Source: Lama guanicoe
Taxonomy: Eukaryota
DNA: 64,000 nt
NCBI GenBank assembly: GCA_013239625.1
Contig: MU053513.1
Span: 702,370 to 766,369 of the forward strand
Direction of reading: 5' to 3'
A program made the translations under genes and the position numbers. The notes below the pieces were generated by a model. It did no database searches and was not told the origin of the DNA. It saw only the letters and a list, made by a program, of their open reading frames with translations. Numbering within the stretch: position 1 is the first letter of the stretch; the number at the start of each line of letters is the position of its first letter. This document shows, piece after piece, positions 38,400-50,852 of this stretch.

Positions 38400-39015
38400 T
38401 GTAGGGGAGGAAAAAGCTTTCTTCAACCTTCTTTGGGTACCTGGCTGGGTCTGAAAGTTAAACTGACAAAGATTGACGGTAGAAAACCATGCAAATTTTA
38501 CTTAATTTTTACAAGTACATGGGAGCATTCACAAGAGAACAAAGGACTAGAAGAAGTGACCAGAGGAGGAAGCTTTGATACCTTTTGAGCAAAGAAACAA
38601 TAAATTTGTGAAGAATTGACAAGACGGGTTTAGGCTAGAGGCAGTAGTCGGAGGGAGGGTATAGCTCAGTGGTAGAGTGCATGCTTAGCATGCACGTGGT
38701 CCTGGGTTCAATTCCCAGTCCCTCCATTAAAATAAATAAGTAAATAGATAAAGATTGGTGAAGAAGTAACAAGATAAGGGTTTGTATAACAAAGTTCTGT
38801 TTGTACAGATTTCTTGGCCTCAAATTCGCTGTCTCAGGTGAAAAGAATACCTTCCCTCCTGTACAAGGAGGGTTCCTTCCTGACCTGCAGCAGCGAAAAG
38901 GCTGAGGATGAGGACTGAGTTAGACTGAAGTTCTTGCTTCTGCCATTTTAAAATTCCTTCAGTTTAAACTATTTACTATGCCATATCTTGGGGTAATGTG
39001 CCCTGAATCCCATCA
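38400..39015 (-). mobile_element. ERV1-class solo LTR containing a SINE insertion
   Basis: TG...CA ends (tgtaggggagg...ccctgaatcccatca), flanks aaga/caga (3 of 4 match); homologous to 36303-36806. Confidence 0.8.
38650..38752 (+). mobile_element. tRNA-Ala(AGC)-derived SINE, camelid Vic-1-like
   Basis: 38655-38726 closely follows tRNA-Ala(AGC) (A box tagctcagtgg, anticodon arm gtgcatgcttagcatgcac, B box ggttcaattcc), then an A-rich tail taaaataaataagtaaatagataaa. Confidence 0.9.
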
Positions 39016-39619
39016 CAGACCCCGGGAAATGCCCATCATAAACTAGTTACTATCAGATGAACCCAACAGACCGCCACAATGAATGGGGTAGACCCAAATA
39101 TCCCTGCAGGGGCTGGGAGTGAGAAGGTTGCTCACTCTAAATATGAGCTACTATTTTTGTATTGCCACCCATCCCACAGCCCACAACTCTGGTCCCGTGC
39201 AGAGTTGCCTATGACTGCGTGATTGAGAGAACAAAATCTCTAGCCTCATTTACAAAAGTGGTGCCATCTACAGTTGGAAGTAAACTGCTTAGATCTCACA
39301 ATTTCACTAGGGAATGGCTTTAAGTTCTGTGGCAAGTGATATTCTAGTGGCCACAAGTGTGTGTTCATTTGTTTTCTACTTTGCCTAAAAGGTGAGATAA
39401 CCACGCTCAATTAGATGGTAAGAATCTTGAAAGGGGCAAGATTAGAGGATTAGCGACAAAGAGATTTGGGAATAGGAAACTGGACCTCTTAGAATAGGTC
39501 TGAAGCTCCAAAATGTCTGTTTGTTGTGATCACTTATAAAATTCTTTTTACACACCCTTGCCGCCCCCCACCCCATTCTCATTAAAGAAGCTCCTAGCGA
39601 TCAGGTACCCAGGCAAACC
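39016..39619 (+). mobile_element. Highly decayed ERVL-type internal (pol/RNase H) fragment; probably continues at ~38330-38399 and ~40190-40420
   Basis: gattagaggattagcgacaaagagatttgggaatagga resembles the ERVL pol DWKIGDKEIWGRG-encoding segment; gaaatgcccatcataaact is also ERVL-like. Confidence 0.55.
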
Positions 39620-40187
39620 TGAAGGAGGGGTAATGAAAAGACCGCACTTAGGCTAACAGGTTGTTTATTTTTATGCTTTTGCCCTTAAAACGGTCAACTG
39701 GCCTGACTGACCGGTTGCTACTCACAGTTCCAGGCCCACTGTTAAAACTAAAGCTATTGATTTTACTGTTTCTCCGTTATTCCAGTAATCAAAAGCTATA
39801 ATCATGCTTGGTTTCTGAGTCGATCTCCAGGGAGAAGGTCACAGGACTTCAACCTTACAAAATAGCCTGAATTACCAAGAAGACCACACCTTGAGTGCTT
39901 GCAAGATGAAGAGGTCTAACCGCTGGCCTCTGTAGAATTGGTTGCCTGGAGGCACCATTCTGTCTTCTGATGAGAAAATGATTCTGTTGAATACTTCATT
40001 GTCTGAGCTCTGGCTGTATAACCGCCCCACCCCACCCCCAAGGTGGGCTCACAGTTTTGAAGGCACTGGCCTGCTGGGAGTCCCCTTTGCCTGGCAAAGC
40101 AATAAAATTGCCTCTTTTCTTCTACTCGCCAAGACCTGTCTCTGGGTTATCTGCCTCATCAGGGATGGGGCCGATCTTTCAGCAACA
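39620..40187 (+). mobile_element. Complete ERV1-class solo LTR with 4-bp TSD
   Basis: TG at 39620, CA at 40187, perfect TSD aacc (39616-39619 and 40188-40191); TATA-like tgtataa at ~40015 and AATAAA at 40101. Confidence 0.9.
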
Positions 40188-40491
40188 AACCCTCTCTGCT
40201 TATGGTCATCCTCTTCAGTCAACCAGACGGCCAACTAATTGTTTAGTAGTCACATCACAAAGCCACAATGCAAAGACTAAAGAAACATATACCTTCCTTC
40301 AAAACAGACCTGGTTACTCGAGTTGCCAAGCTTTTGATCTTCTAGGAGTAGAAACCAACTTTAAGTCCCTTATGTGTCAAAAATGTTCAGAAAATCTGGT
40401 GTTGGGGTGATTAATTAAAGGAGGCAGAAACTTGCCGTCACTGGAACAGTCCCTTATAGCCCTTAGATTACTCTGAATTGGAATTTGTTTG

Positions 40492-41760
40492 TGTACTGAG
40501 TTGAATATTGTACTCCTCCAAAAATCATGTCTATCCAGGACCTCAGAATGTGATCTTACTTAAGGTCACATGTAACTAGTAATTGGTTAAGATGAGGCCG
40601 TCTTATAAGAGGACCTTAAATCCAATATGAAAAATATCTTCAGAAGGAAAGAAAATTTTGAACACAAAAATTATAAAATTGTGATTTATAATAAGAAATA
40701 TTACTTTGGTCTTCCTGCACTGTTTCTGGACTTGTATCCTCTAAAACCTTCTAATTTCCTGTATACCAGCCATGGAGGCATCTTCCGTTTCAATACTGCG
40801 TTTTGTTCTCAGTTTCTGAAATAGCTCCAGAGCAATAAAGCTGAAAGGAGTATCCTTTGTATCTATTCATATAAGTCCCTTTTCACAAAACCTGAGTTTA
40901 TGTTAATGAGGTGACTTTTGGGAAGTCTCAGTGGATGGGGGCTAGTTACCAGGAGAACCAAGGTGATTAGAGGGTCAGCTGGGGAGAGGGCTGGAGGTAT
41001 ACCTAATCACTAATGACCCTTGATTTAATCAATTGTGCCTAAAGTAATGAATGAATTTTCCCTAAAAAAAATCCCCGCAGGACAGGGTTCAGGGAGCTTC
41101 TGGGTTGGTGAAAAAGTGGAGGGGCTGGAGACTGGGGCACTCAGTGAGGGCATGAGAGCTCTGCACCCCTCCCCACATGCCGTGTCCTAACTTACAGCCA
41201 GCCAGTCAGAAGCACAGGTGACAGCCTAAACTTGCAGCTGGCATCTGAAGCATGTGGATGGGCTGGTCTGTGGGACTGAGCCCTCAGTCTGTGAAATCTG
41301 ATGCTATGTCCAGATAGGGTCAGCATTCGGTTAACTGTAGGACACCCCGCTGGCGTTTCCAGAATCTGAGAATTGCTTGGTCTGGGAGCCTCCCCCCACA
41401 AACATGTACACACTTGGTGGCCAGTCGTGTTGTGAGGGTAGTAGCGTAAGAGGAGAGGAGACGCACAGAGGGGGTTCTTCTTTTACAGACACACAGACAC
41501 ACAGACACACAGAGAGCACCACGTGAAATGAGCAGAGATTGTGATGCACCTACAGACGAGGAGCACCGGTTGCTGGCAACAAGCAGAAGCTAAGGAAGAG
41601 GCATGAAACTGATTCTTCCCTAGAAACTTCAGAGAGACTGTGGTCCTGCCAACACCTTGATTTCAGACCCCTGGCTTCCAGAACTGTGAGAGAGCAAATC
41701 TCTGTTGTTTTTGGTGACCCAGTTTGTGATACTTTGTTATGGCAGCCCCAAGAGACATAT
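40492..41760 (+). mobile_element. ERVL-MaLR LTR (MLT1B/C-like) split by a nested LTR
   Basis: 5' part tgtactgagttgaatattgt...acctcagaatgtgatctta; 3' part cctgccaacaccttgatttcagacccctggcttccagaactgtgagag...ttgttatggcagcccca. Confidence 0.9.
40671..41487. mobile_element. MER21-like LTR nested within the MLT1 element
   Basis: ttgtgatttataataagaaata...aacctgagtttatgttaatgaggtgact...gtcagaagcacaggtgacagcct...ctgtgggactgagccctca. Confidence 0.85.
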
Positions 41761-42929
41761 GCGGATTCCTTTACACATCAGATCACCGCTACCATTCCCA
41801 CGGATGGATCAACCAAATCACAGCAAATTTTTCTCTGAGCAAAACACTCATTTTGTATAGAAAGAAGCAAGAAAATCATTTTGTTCTCAGAGGATGTCTT
41901 GTAATGGCTGGAGTGCCTCTTATTGAGGAAGGATTGAATACATTTTCACTTGGGGCACCTGAGTATATAAGTTTCAATAACCCTGGGGCATGTTCTCTTT
42001 CCTGAACATTGTATAAATGAGCATAAAAAGAAAAGCCTTCAATGTTTTTTGCATAATACTGTGTATAAAATGAGAAGAGAATTGGTTTATTTGTTTTCCA
42101 GAGACCATTTAATGATTTAGGATTTTAAATTACCTTCCCTTTTCTAACAAGAGCTAGATCCCCATGTTCAACAGCATCCCACTGGGATGGCAAAGTTTTG
42201 ATGTAGGATGAAAACATAGCAGGACAAGTGAATGATAAAATGGATGGCAAAGAAACACGTAAAACTGCAAGAAAGTAAGTTTTCCAAAAATAAAAACTAA
42301 CCTCTGGGAAGTTGCTGGAACAAACAGTGGTCAAAGCAGAAGAGAGGTTTCATTTTACACAGCACAACATAGGCATTGAATAAATGTGAATATGTTTTCG
42401 TTATTACTTTTCTCTTGCTATCATTAATGTTATTAATTTACAAATCACCGCAGTCTTAGAAAATAGGTGGTAATTGTGATGCTTAATTAAAGTAGGCAAA
42501 GTGCTACCAGAAATGAATAAGTAAAACTTCCAAGTTCATTTTATAAAAACCTCAGCAGTTTTGTGCTATTAAAATCAATAGCAGTAGGTTCTTTTTCAAT
42601 AGATAAATTTTCTGATATTTTCCTATGTTAAATATGGTCATAGCCTCATAATTCATATAACCATAATCTAGGTAAACAAAAATACGTATTCTGGCACATT
42701 ATTAAACATTTATCCTAGATTCCACAGAAATTAAAGCCCATCAAAGATTGTTTGATGAAAATATAGTAAAAGGAAAAAAATTAACAATTGGAATTTAAAC
42801 AGTATTCAAGGTTTTCTACATTTTATCATTAAATTATGTCTTTTTAGAAAATATGTTTCAAAGAAAATGAGATGACAGGTTTATTTATAATTTAAGATCT
42901 CATCCCCTGAAGATACAATTATATTGTAG

Positions 42930-43125
42930 CAAACTATTTATTGTAAAAATACTTCATATCTAATGAGTACTTCCTATGTGCAGGGCACCATTTTAAACCC
43001 TATGCATATATATATGTGAGCTCACTTATGCTCATAGCTCGATGGAAGAATTATTGATACTATCCTCATTTTGCCAGAGGAAACTGCGGCATAGAGAGTT
43101 TAAAATAACCTCTCCAAAGTTAGAG
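42930..43125 (-). mobile_element. MIR SINE
   Basis: tgagtacttcctatgtgcagggcaccatttt...tatcctcattttgccagaggaaactgcggcatagagagttt. Confidence 0.85.
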
Positions 43126-43411
43126 GAAATTGAAATAACATTCCTTAATAGTAGCTGGTTAAAACTGTGTAGAAAATAAAGATTTTCCACAAAACCAAAT
43201 CTAGCATGGCATTTTTCCAAATATGTACTACTTTTCCATTAGAAAATACTAGGTAATGGAAGAGAAAGAATTCCATGAACACGATACATCAAGCAATGCT
43301 GGCTTAAACAAAGACAGTCATGTTTGCATGTGTGTGTTGTATACATATAGGGGTATGTGTGTGTGTGTATATGTGTACATACATATAATATGCTATGCAT
43401 CTATAGTTCCC

Positions 43412-44870
43412 TTCCAGATTTACTGAAATTTAATTGACATACAGCACTATATAAATGTAAAGGGTACAGCATAATTATTTGACTTACATACTGAAATAAT
43501 GACAATAATTTTTGTGAACGTCTATCATCCTATACAGATACAAAATAAAAGAAAATGAAAAAATATTTTTCCTTGTGATGAAAACTCTTAACACTTACTC
43601 TGAACAACTCTCATATATAACATGCAGAAAAGTAAATTGTATTAATTATGTTGTACATTAAATCCCCTAGTACTTATTTAACTTATAACCAAAAATTTGT
43701 CCTTTTTGACTACCTTTGTCATCAAAGATATTACGCTATTATTGACTATATTTCCTATGCGTTACATTCTATCCCCATGACATTTATTCTGTAACTGTAA
43801 GTTTATACTGCTTAATCTCCCTTATCTATTTCTTTCCTTCCTCCCACCTCCCCTTGGGCAACCCCTGTTTTCTGTATCTATGGCTCTATTTCTATATTCT
43901 TACGTTTGTTCACTCATTTTGCATTTTAGATTCCAAATGTAAGTGAAATCATACAGTATCTGTCTTTCTCTGTCTGACTTATTTCACTTAGCATGATGCT
44001 GTTTAGGTCCATCCATGTTTTTGCAAATGGCAAGATTTCATTTTTTACTAGCTGAGTAATATCCCATTGTGTATGTGTATGAATAATATTCCATGTGTAA
44101 ACATACACAATAGAATTGTATCTATATATTTCTATATATGTAGATGTATATATCACATCGTCTTTATCCATTTATCTATGGATGGGCACTTCAGTTGCTT
44201 TCATATCTTGACTGTTGTGAATAAAGTGCTTTTATCTTTTTGAATTAGTGCCTTTGTTTTCTTTGGAAAAATATCCAGAAGTGGAATTGCTGGATTGAAT
44301 GGTAGCTCAAGTTTTAATTTTGTGAGGAGCCTCTATACTGTCTTTCATAGTGGCTGCATCAGTTTACATTCCCACCAACAGTGCACAAGGATTCCCTTTT
44401 CTCCACATCCTTGCAAACACTTGTTATTTGTTGTCTTTTTGATAACAGCCATTCTGAAAGGTGTGAGGTAATATCTCACTGTGATTTTGATTTGCATTTC
44501 CCTGATGATAAGTGATGTTGAGAATCTTTTCCTGTGTCTGTTGGCTTTCTGGATGAGAGACTTTGTAAGAAGATTTGGAAAAATGTCTATTCAAGTCCTC
44601 TGCCCATTTTTAACCAAGTTGTTTCTTTGGTTTTTGGTTTTTGGGTTTTTTTGATGTTGAGTTTTATGAGTTCTTTGTATATTTTGGATATTAACCTCTT
44701 ATCAAGTATGTTGTTTGCTAATATCTTCTCCCACATCATGTTGTTGATAGTTTCCTTTGCTGTGTAAAAGCTTTTTTAGTTTGATGTAGTCCCATTTGTT
44801 TACTTTTGCTTTTGCTTCCATTACCTGAGGATAAATATTCAAAAAAGCTTTAAGATCAATGTCAAAGAGC
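43412..44870 (-). mobile_element. LINE-1 3' ~1.45 kb (L1MA9/10-like), ORF2 C-terminus plus 3'UTR
   Basis: ORF-track remnants KAKVNKWDYIKLK (44702-44911) and KNEILPFAKTWMDLNSIMLSEISQTEKDRYCMISL (43926-44171) are classic L1 3' sequences; flanked by TA/TG-rich low complexity. Confidence 0.95.
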
Positions 44871-45049
44871 ACATATCTATATTTATATATACACATAGCA
44901 TATATATACACATATAATATAGTATCTATATTTATATAGCATATACGTTTAATGTGTGTGTACTTATGAAGACTTTAGTCTTTAATCGATACTGTATATT
45001 TGGATTCTTCAAAATGAGGACTTAAGTAGTTCTTTAGTCAAAATATTGA

Positions 45050-45515
45050 CTTCCCACTACATTCTAGGTCCTAGGCTAGTAACCAAGGATGCACAAATGA
45101 CAGAGGCATACATAGCACTGACTCTTATTTAGTCAAAATATGTGTGGTGAGATTCATGAAGAAATACAAGGTTTAATTTAAACCTATAAAAAGCAATCTT
45201 AGAGAAGTCTTGGAGGAAAAGACATTTAAGGTGTTTGGAATATAATTAGAAGAATGAGTTACTTAGCTGTAGAGACGGGAAGATGTTCTAAGCAGAAATG
45301 TATCATTTGCAAAGATGTTGAGGCAATAGAGAGAATAGTAGGATCAGGTAATTAAGAAAAGTCCAGTACAGCTAGATTAGAAAGAGGGAAAAATACTGCT
45401 CGATGCTGAGCCCAAGAAACTAGACAGGTTCAGAGACTTAGTGAAATCTGTTAAGACTTCTGTATTTTATCCTAAGTGTAATCAGCCAATGCAGAGTTTT
45501 TAGAAAATGTATGTC
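45050..45515 (-). mobile_element. LINE-2 fragment
   Basis: tagagaagtcttggaggaaaagacatttaag...gttctaagcagaaatgtatcatttgcaaagatgttgaggca. Confidence 0.7.
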
Positions 45516-45579
45516 AATATCAATTATTCACTACATGAAGATAAAGAGTAATTGCCACTTAGTTTTCAGTCGGCTTTAA

Positions 45580-45960
45580 TAATACAGGACATTTGCACTC
45601 TATCTTTAAAGTATGATTTGAATCTATCTGCTTTTCTTTATCTATTGCTACCACCCTGGTCTAAACCATCATCCATCCTTTCTCAACTTTATTACATCAA
45701 TTACTTGCTGACTACTCTATCTGTTCCCCCCACTCCCAATTCCTAGTCTTTATTCTGGACCCAAAGATCATTTCAACACATAAATCAGATTATATCCCTC
45801 CCCTGCTTCAATAACCCTTGTTAACAAAGAACCAGTGTCTCACGGTGGCCACCAAGACCCTTCATTCCTTTGTCTCTAATGCTCTGGTCTTGCCGACTCC
45901 TACGCTAGAGATTTTGTACTTATCATTGTATTCTCTCTGTTTTCTTTTTAGATACTCCGT
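45580..45960 (+). mobile_element. LINE-2 fragment
   Basis: attgctaccaccctggtctaaaccatcatc...taaatcagattatatccctcccctgcttcaataaccctt. Confidence 0.75.
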
Positions 45961-47779
45961 CATACAGACGTTACAAGGACATCCATGCAAAGGAGGAGCA
46001 GATCAGAATTCATTTTCCATCAAATAATATGAGATTTGTAACACTGTTGCTTTGTGTAGCTGTATAACCACCTGGATTTCTAGAACTCCACCAAGAAGTG
46101 CCTAGATCACTCAAAATTCCCAATATTTTAGATAGTTTGAACTGAAACACAAAGACTGATACCTGATTTTCTCAGAGGTTAAAGCAAAGTTTGGAATTGG
46201 AGAATACATAAAACGTATACTTCCCTTGCATTTCTATTTCTTTTTTCTTTTTATATGCAGGTATCCGTAGGGGAGAAACCTTTTGAAGTGAGGATTAAGA
46301 AGCTTAATTCCCTCGTGCATGAGAGATTAATGCTGAGATCATACTTTCCATTGCCCTTGTTAATTGTGATGCTTTACTCTTAGGTCTTTAAAAAATGCTT
46401 CTGTAAAACAATAGATGGATTGCTAATGTCCTTGGATATGTTTCTCTACAGTCGATGCTGTGATCCCGCTGTGATTCCTGAGTTGATTACTCAGTCTAAG
46501 TAAGTAACGTGTTCTGTAAATAGCAAGCTAACACCATCTGCATAGGCTGTTTTTCGACTGTTCGTAAGCTACAGGAAATCAACTCTGCCCTAATTTCCTA
46601 CATGATTCAGGAGGGCGGAAGCCAAAGGAATACAAGCTCATGTGACCGTTAAGTACATTCCTATGACATTAAGCTTCAGATGAAAATTATTCTGGAAGAG
46701 ATAGACTCTTAATATCAGAAATACAGACCTTCGCTGCTATAGAAAGCAAAGCTTAGAAATTTTAGACTTGTTAGTCTTAGCAACGAGAATCACATTAAAT
46801 TCACAGAATATATTTACACAAATCTTGTAACATTTAGAGTTGTAAAGACTATCCAAGTAATTAAATTTATTCATTAGACTGGTGTTCAAATTTAATATAA
46901 CATGCTTGTAGTCTGACTCTTTGCAAGATTATTTCTAATTGTTCTTTACCTTTACTTAGTTGCCATTCTTTTTAATAGTGTTCTTAGAAGCTCTCATATT
47001 GTTAGATCTCACCATTACATTCTAAATCTGTAAATTTGATACATACATACATTAATTCCAAGGACTACTTAATGGGCATGTTAAAATGTCTAAACCAGAG
47101 GATATAGTTTCTAAGTTAATGTTGATAATATTGATGGATCAACCTTTATGGCAAAAATGTTGTTGCCCCTTTTTGGAAAAAAATAAACCAAAAAAAAAAA
47201 TGTCCAAACCACTCAAATGCTGTAGACATCTCAGGGACAACTGCTGGACCATCAGAGTAGGAAACACCAGAATGTCACATTGCCAGGTAAGCACACATGC
47301 ATAACCGAATGTAGAAGAGGCTGCATGTCCAAGAGGAAAAACTGGGCCATTCTCCACCTAGATAGAAAGAGATAATAACACACTTATCCCTATTCTAAAG
47401 TGAATACATGACAACAACCATATATTCCCCCTATTGAAAAATACATATAATTTTAATAGAACTCCAGCAAATCATTTAATCCAGCAAAATCTGTAAACAA
47501 TTTCATCAGAATACCATCACTGTACTAGAAAGTCAACTGCCTTTTCTAATGATGACAAAAAAAAAAAAACTCAAACCTGCGGAATTCTAATTAAGGAATG
47601 AATATAAACATTAGTGAGTGCGGTAAGAAGGTGTGGATTTTCTTTTAACTCACTCATACACAAACATTTTGAAAGATATATGCCAAGATGGTGCCAGCTG
47701 GAGGTTCAGAGATAAAAGATTACCCCTAGACTCTAATGAAAACAATTCTGCCTATCCTTTAGAGTGGTTATTCAGCTGT

Positions 47780-48200
47780 CGTGTTTAAATTTTGACTCTA
47801 CTCCCTGACTTTGGCTGTTTAGAGCAATGGTGAGTTCTCAACCAAGCTGGAATCATCAAACTTGCTCCTTAGCAAATTTGGGAAGGCAGTTCAGAGATAT
47901 TCTTGATGTAGCTGGAAAAATAATGTGTAAACTCGTGAGCTCCAGGGTGGCCATTCTGCATTTTGTCATGAGGATAGACTCACAGACAGCTGGTCTACTA
48001 GGAGGGAGCCTACTGAAGTAGACTAAGACAAAGAAACAAAGATAAGGGGGAGAAAAACTTCCGTTGGCCTCTGTTAGGGTTACCTCTAAAAAGTCACCTC
48101 TTTTTCCTGGTAACTTCCTAAAACCTAGCCCCCAGTTTCCATTAAATATTTCTAAATCCTTTTACTAGAATCCTCCCTTTTCCTTCATCCAGCTTGTACT
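47780..48200 (+). mobile_element. Possible ancient MaLR LTR (MLT1-like) fragment
   Basis: gtgagctccagggtggccattctg...cctttttccttcatccagcttgtactgctttctgtcagttgca resembles an old MLT1 3' end. Confidence 0.4.
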
Positions 48201-49699
48201 GCTTTCTGTCAGTTGCACTCAAAGGACTATTAAGTACTCTAAGGACATTCAGTCTAGTGTAAATCCAGAAAACTAAATCCATAATTACAATGCAGGTACT
48301 CAAGTGGTAGAGAAAGCACCCAGTATGCTCCATGCTAAGCGAGAAGAGATGAGAGGTGTTAGGGACAGGACAGAAGGTAGAGACAAAGACGGAAGAATGC
48401 TCCTGGAAGGAAGGTTTGTCATGAATTTGACACTTGACCTATATGCTAAGAAATATTGCAGAAAAACAAGCCAGGCACTAAAAAACACATAAAGGGCTTG
48501 AGAGTGAATATCGGTCCTGAGCGTGCATATTGTTAATATATTCTCTCTGTGTATTTATAACGTATGTCTGGGTAGAGCCTTCCAGGTAACAATTATCCTG
48601 AATCAGTGTGGCCAATTTTAGCAAGGGTAAAATGAGGAGCAGCCTAGATAATACCACACACACACAAGCACACACATACTTATTCTCATTTGCCAGGTCA
48701 TCAAACCAATTTCCAGAATGGTGGCTGTTAGTTTTAGCGTCCCTATTTCTTTGAGATGCTACAGATATACAGAACAGTTAGGTCAGCATAGGTGTTATCA
48801 AGGGGAAATAAAATGCCTACCAACTTCATTAAGATAAACTGTGTCATCGATAATAAAGAAGTAAAGTATCTTTCTAAAAAATATTATCAGCTAACTTCTG
48901 TAAGGAATGTGATTTCTGCAACAATTCTATTCTTAAGAATTCCCCTACTTCTGTTGGCTATGTATTTCTTTTGCCTTTAGACTTCCTAATTATTTTGTCA
49001 TTGTGATCAAATGCCTTATTGCAATTTCCCTCCAGAACCCATGGGAAGAATGCAAATTAGCTGCCATCAGGTCTGCTATTATTCAAAGGTATCTGTTTTA
49101 AATGTCTGGATATAGCATTGTCAAAATCTACTACTGCTTCTCATTCTCAGTCATAAAAATGTAATGCCACAGGAACATCAAAAGCAAAGTGAGTTGGTGT
49201 TTATCATTTTGCCAGATTTCACCACGTATTTGTCCTTTCTCTGATATGAACATATTGTTTGCAGGTCAGACATTTTAGTCTCAAAAGAAATGTGGATAGT
49301 AAAACAAATAAGCCAACCAACAAAATAGAAAAATGCCAAAAAGAAAAAGAGAAAAGAAAAACAAGGGGAAAATAAGCCTACTAAATTGAATTGAGGGAGT
49401 CCACATCTTCCCCATCATCAGTGGAACCCACCAAGTTCGTTAACCTCAGGAGTCTCAAAATATTGAAAACAGTCCTATGCTCTCTCACCTTTCATGTCAA
49501 AGTAGCCTGATGTGCAGAAATATAAACAGATCCATAATTTGCAATAGTACTTGATCATATGTCATTACATTCTAGATCTAAAAAAATCTTAAAAATTATT
49601 TTTTAGTCTCATGATTTTACCAAATAGAATAGAATGCAATAGAAACCTAGAGAGGTTAGCAGATTCTTGCAATAATCTGTATGTTTTCTGGTTGGCCAG

Positions 49700-50340
49700 A
49701 AGGCACAACTTATGTTCTAATTATGTCATCTCTGGATATCCTCAATAACCTCCTTAAGATCTGCATTGTTCAGTGATTTCTCTCTCCACTAAAAAGTATG
49801 GCTATAGAGTATTTAGCAGACATTAATGTTTTACTCTCTGTAGAACGTTTTACAATATACCTCCTTATCACATGCTACCCAGAAGTACGATTACCCTATC
49901 TTACATTTGCTTTGATATTGCTTCTTCAGGGGTCTGGGTGTTGCTCATCGCTCCCGAAGTAAAACCGAACCACTTTTTAAAGGTTGGAATTGACTGTCCT
50001 GGAGATAACCACTCATTTGCATCTCTCTTCAATAGTATCTCTAGTCATTGGCCATCCCTCCAAAACTTACTGCCGCAACATTCTTCTAAACTAATTAACT
50101 GAACATTTCCTTCAAATCTCTTCATCTAAGACCCTGCTGAAATCTCTCTTTTCTGTTCTTTCCAATTTATATTTGATGTATTGATTCTGGAAAGACAACT
50201 CATAAAAATCCTTTCTGGGCACCATTGTTTCATTAGCCCTCTTCTCTGTTCAGTACATTATACATTTAACAGTGCTGTTTACATCACTGAATCATAGACA
50301 GCCCTTGACTTAGAATTTGCTTCTCCAGCAATGGCAGTGG
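49700..50340 (+). mobile_element. Degraded LINE-2 fragments
   Basis: Pyrimidine-rich L2-like text ending agacagcccttgacttagaatttgcttctccagca. Confidence 0.35.
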
Positions 50341-50811
50341 ATTATCCAACTCTAGCCATGCATAATTGAAACTACTGGTCAAACGGCACCATTTATGAAA
50401 CATAGCTTTTCTCCATGCCAAGAAAAAGGGCCAGTAGAATAACAGACATCATAATTTTTATGCTAGCACCAATAACCGAACAATAGGCAGCTAAAACACG
50501 TTGATCCATTGCGGTTGTCTTGTGTTTACATTTGTTTCTGCTGCTGTTTGGTTATGTTTGTTTGTTCACTGAGGGTGAATGTGTGTGTGTATTTGCATGT
50601 GTGTGTTTCAGTTGTAGATACGTGTCACACCTAAAAAAGAAATGGCTGTGCTTTTATGTCACCTAACTTGTAGGTTATCGGATAACCACGCCAGGCATTA
50701 CTCCCTTAACTGCGTCTAGCTCCTCGGATAATAGCAGTCTTGGCAGTTGCTCTTGCCATGTAATGAGAGTAAGAACAGTGAAGAACACCAACCCCACTGA
50801 CGCCCCACCAT

Positions 50812-50852
50812 CACACACATCTGTGTGTGTGTGTGTCTGTGTGAGCCTGTGT
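50812..50852. repeat. (CA)/(TG) simple repeat
   Basis: cacacacatctgtgtgtgtgtgtgtctgtgtg directly visible. Confidence 0.85.

Noticed and set aside
38655..38726. Functional tRNA-Ala gene
   Set aside because: Acceptor-stem mismatches, an A-rich retroposon tail instead of an oligo-T terminator, and insertion inside an LTR all indicate a SINE.
36303..39015. Two related same-orientation LTRs as the ends of one provirus
   Set aside because: They are strongly diverged from each other, the 1.6 kb between shows no PBS/PPT or ERV1 internal character, and there is no shared outer TSD. They look like independent solo LTRs.
43926..44911. ORFs with protein-like sequence
   Set aside because: They are disrupted LINE-1 ORF2/3' remnants, not host genes.
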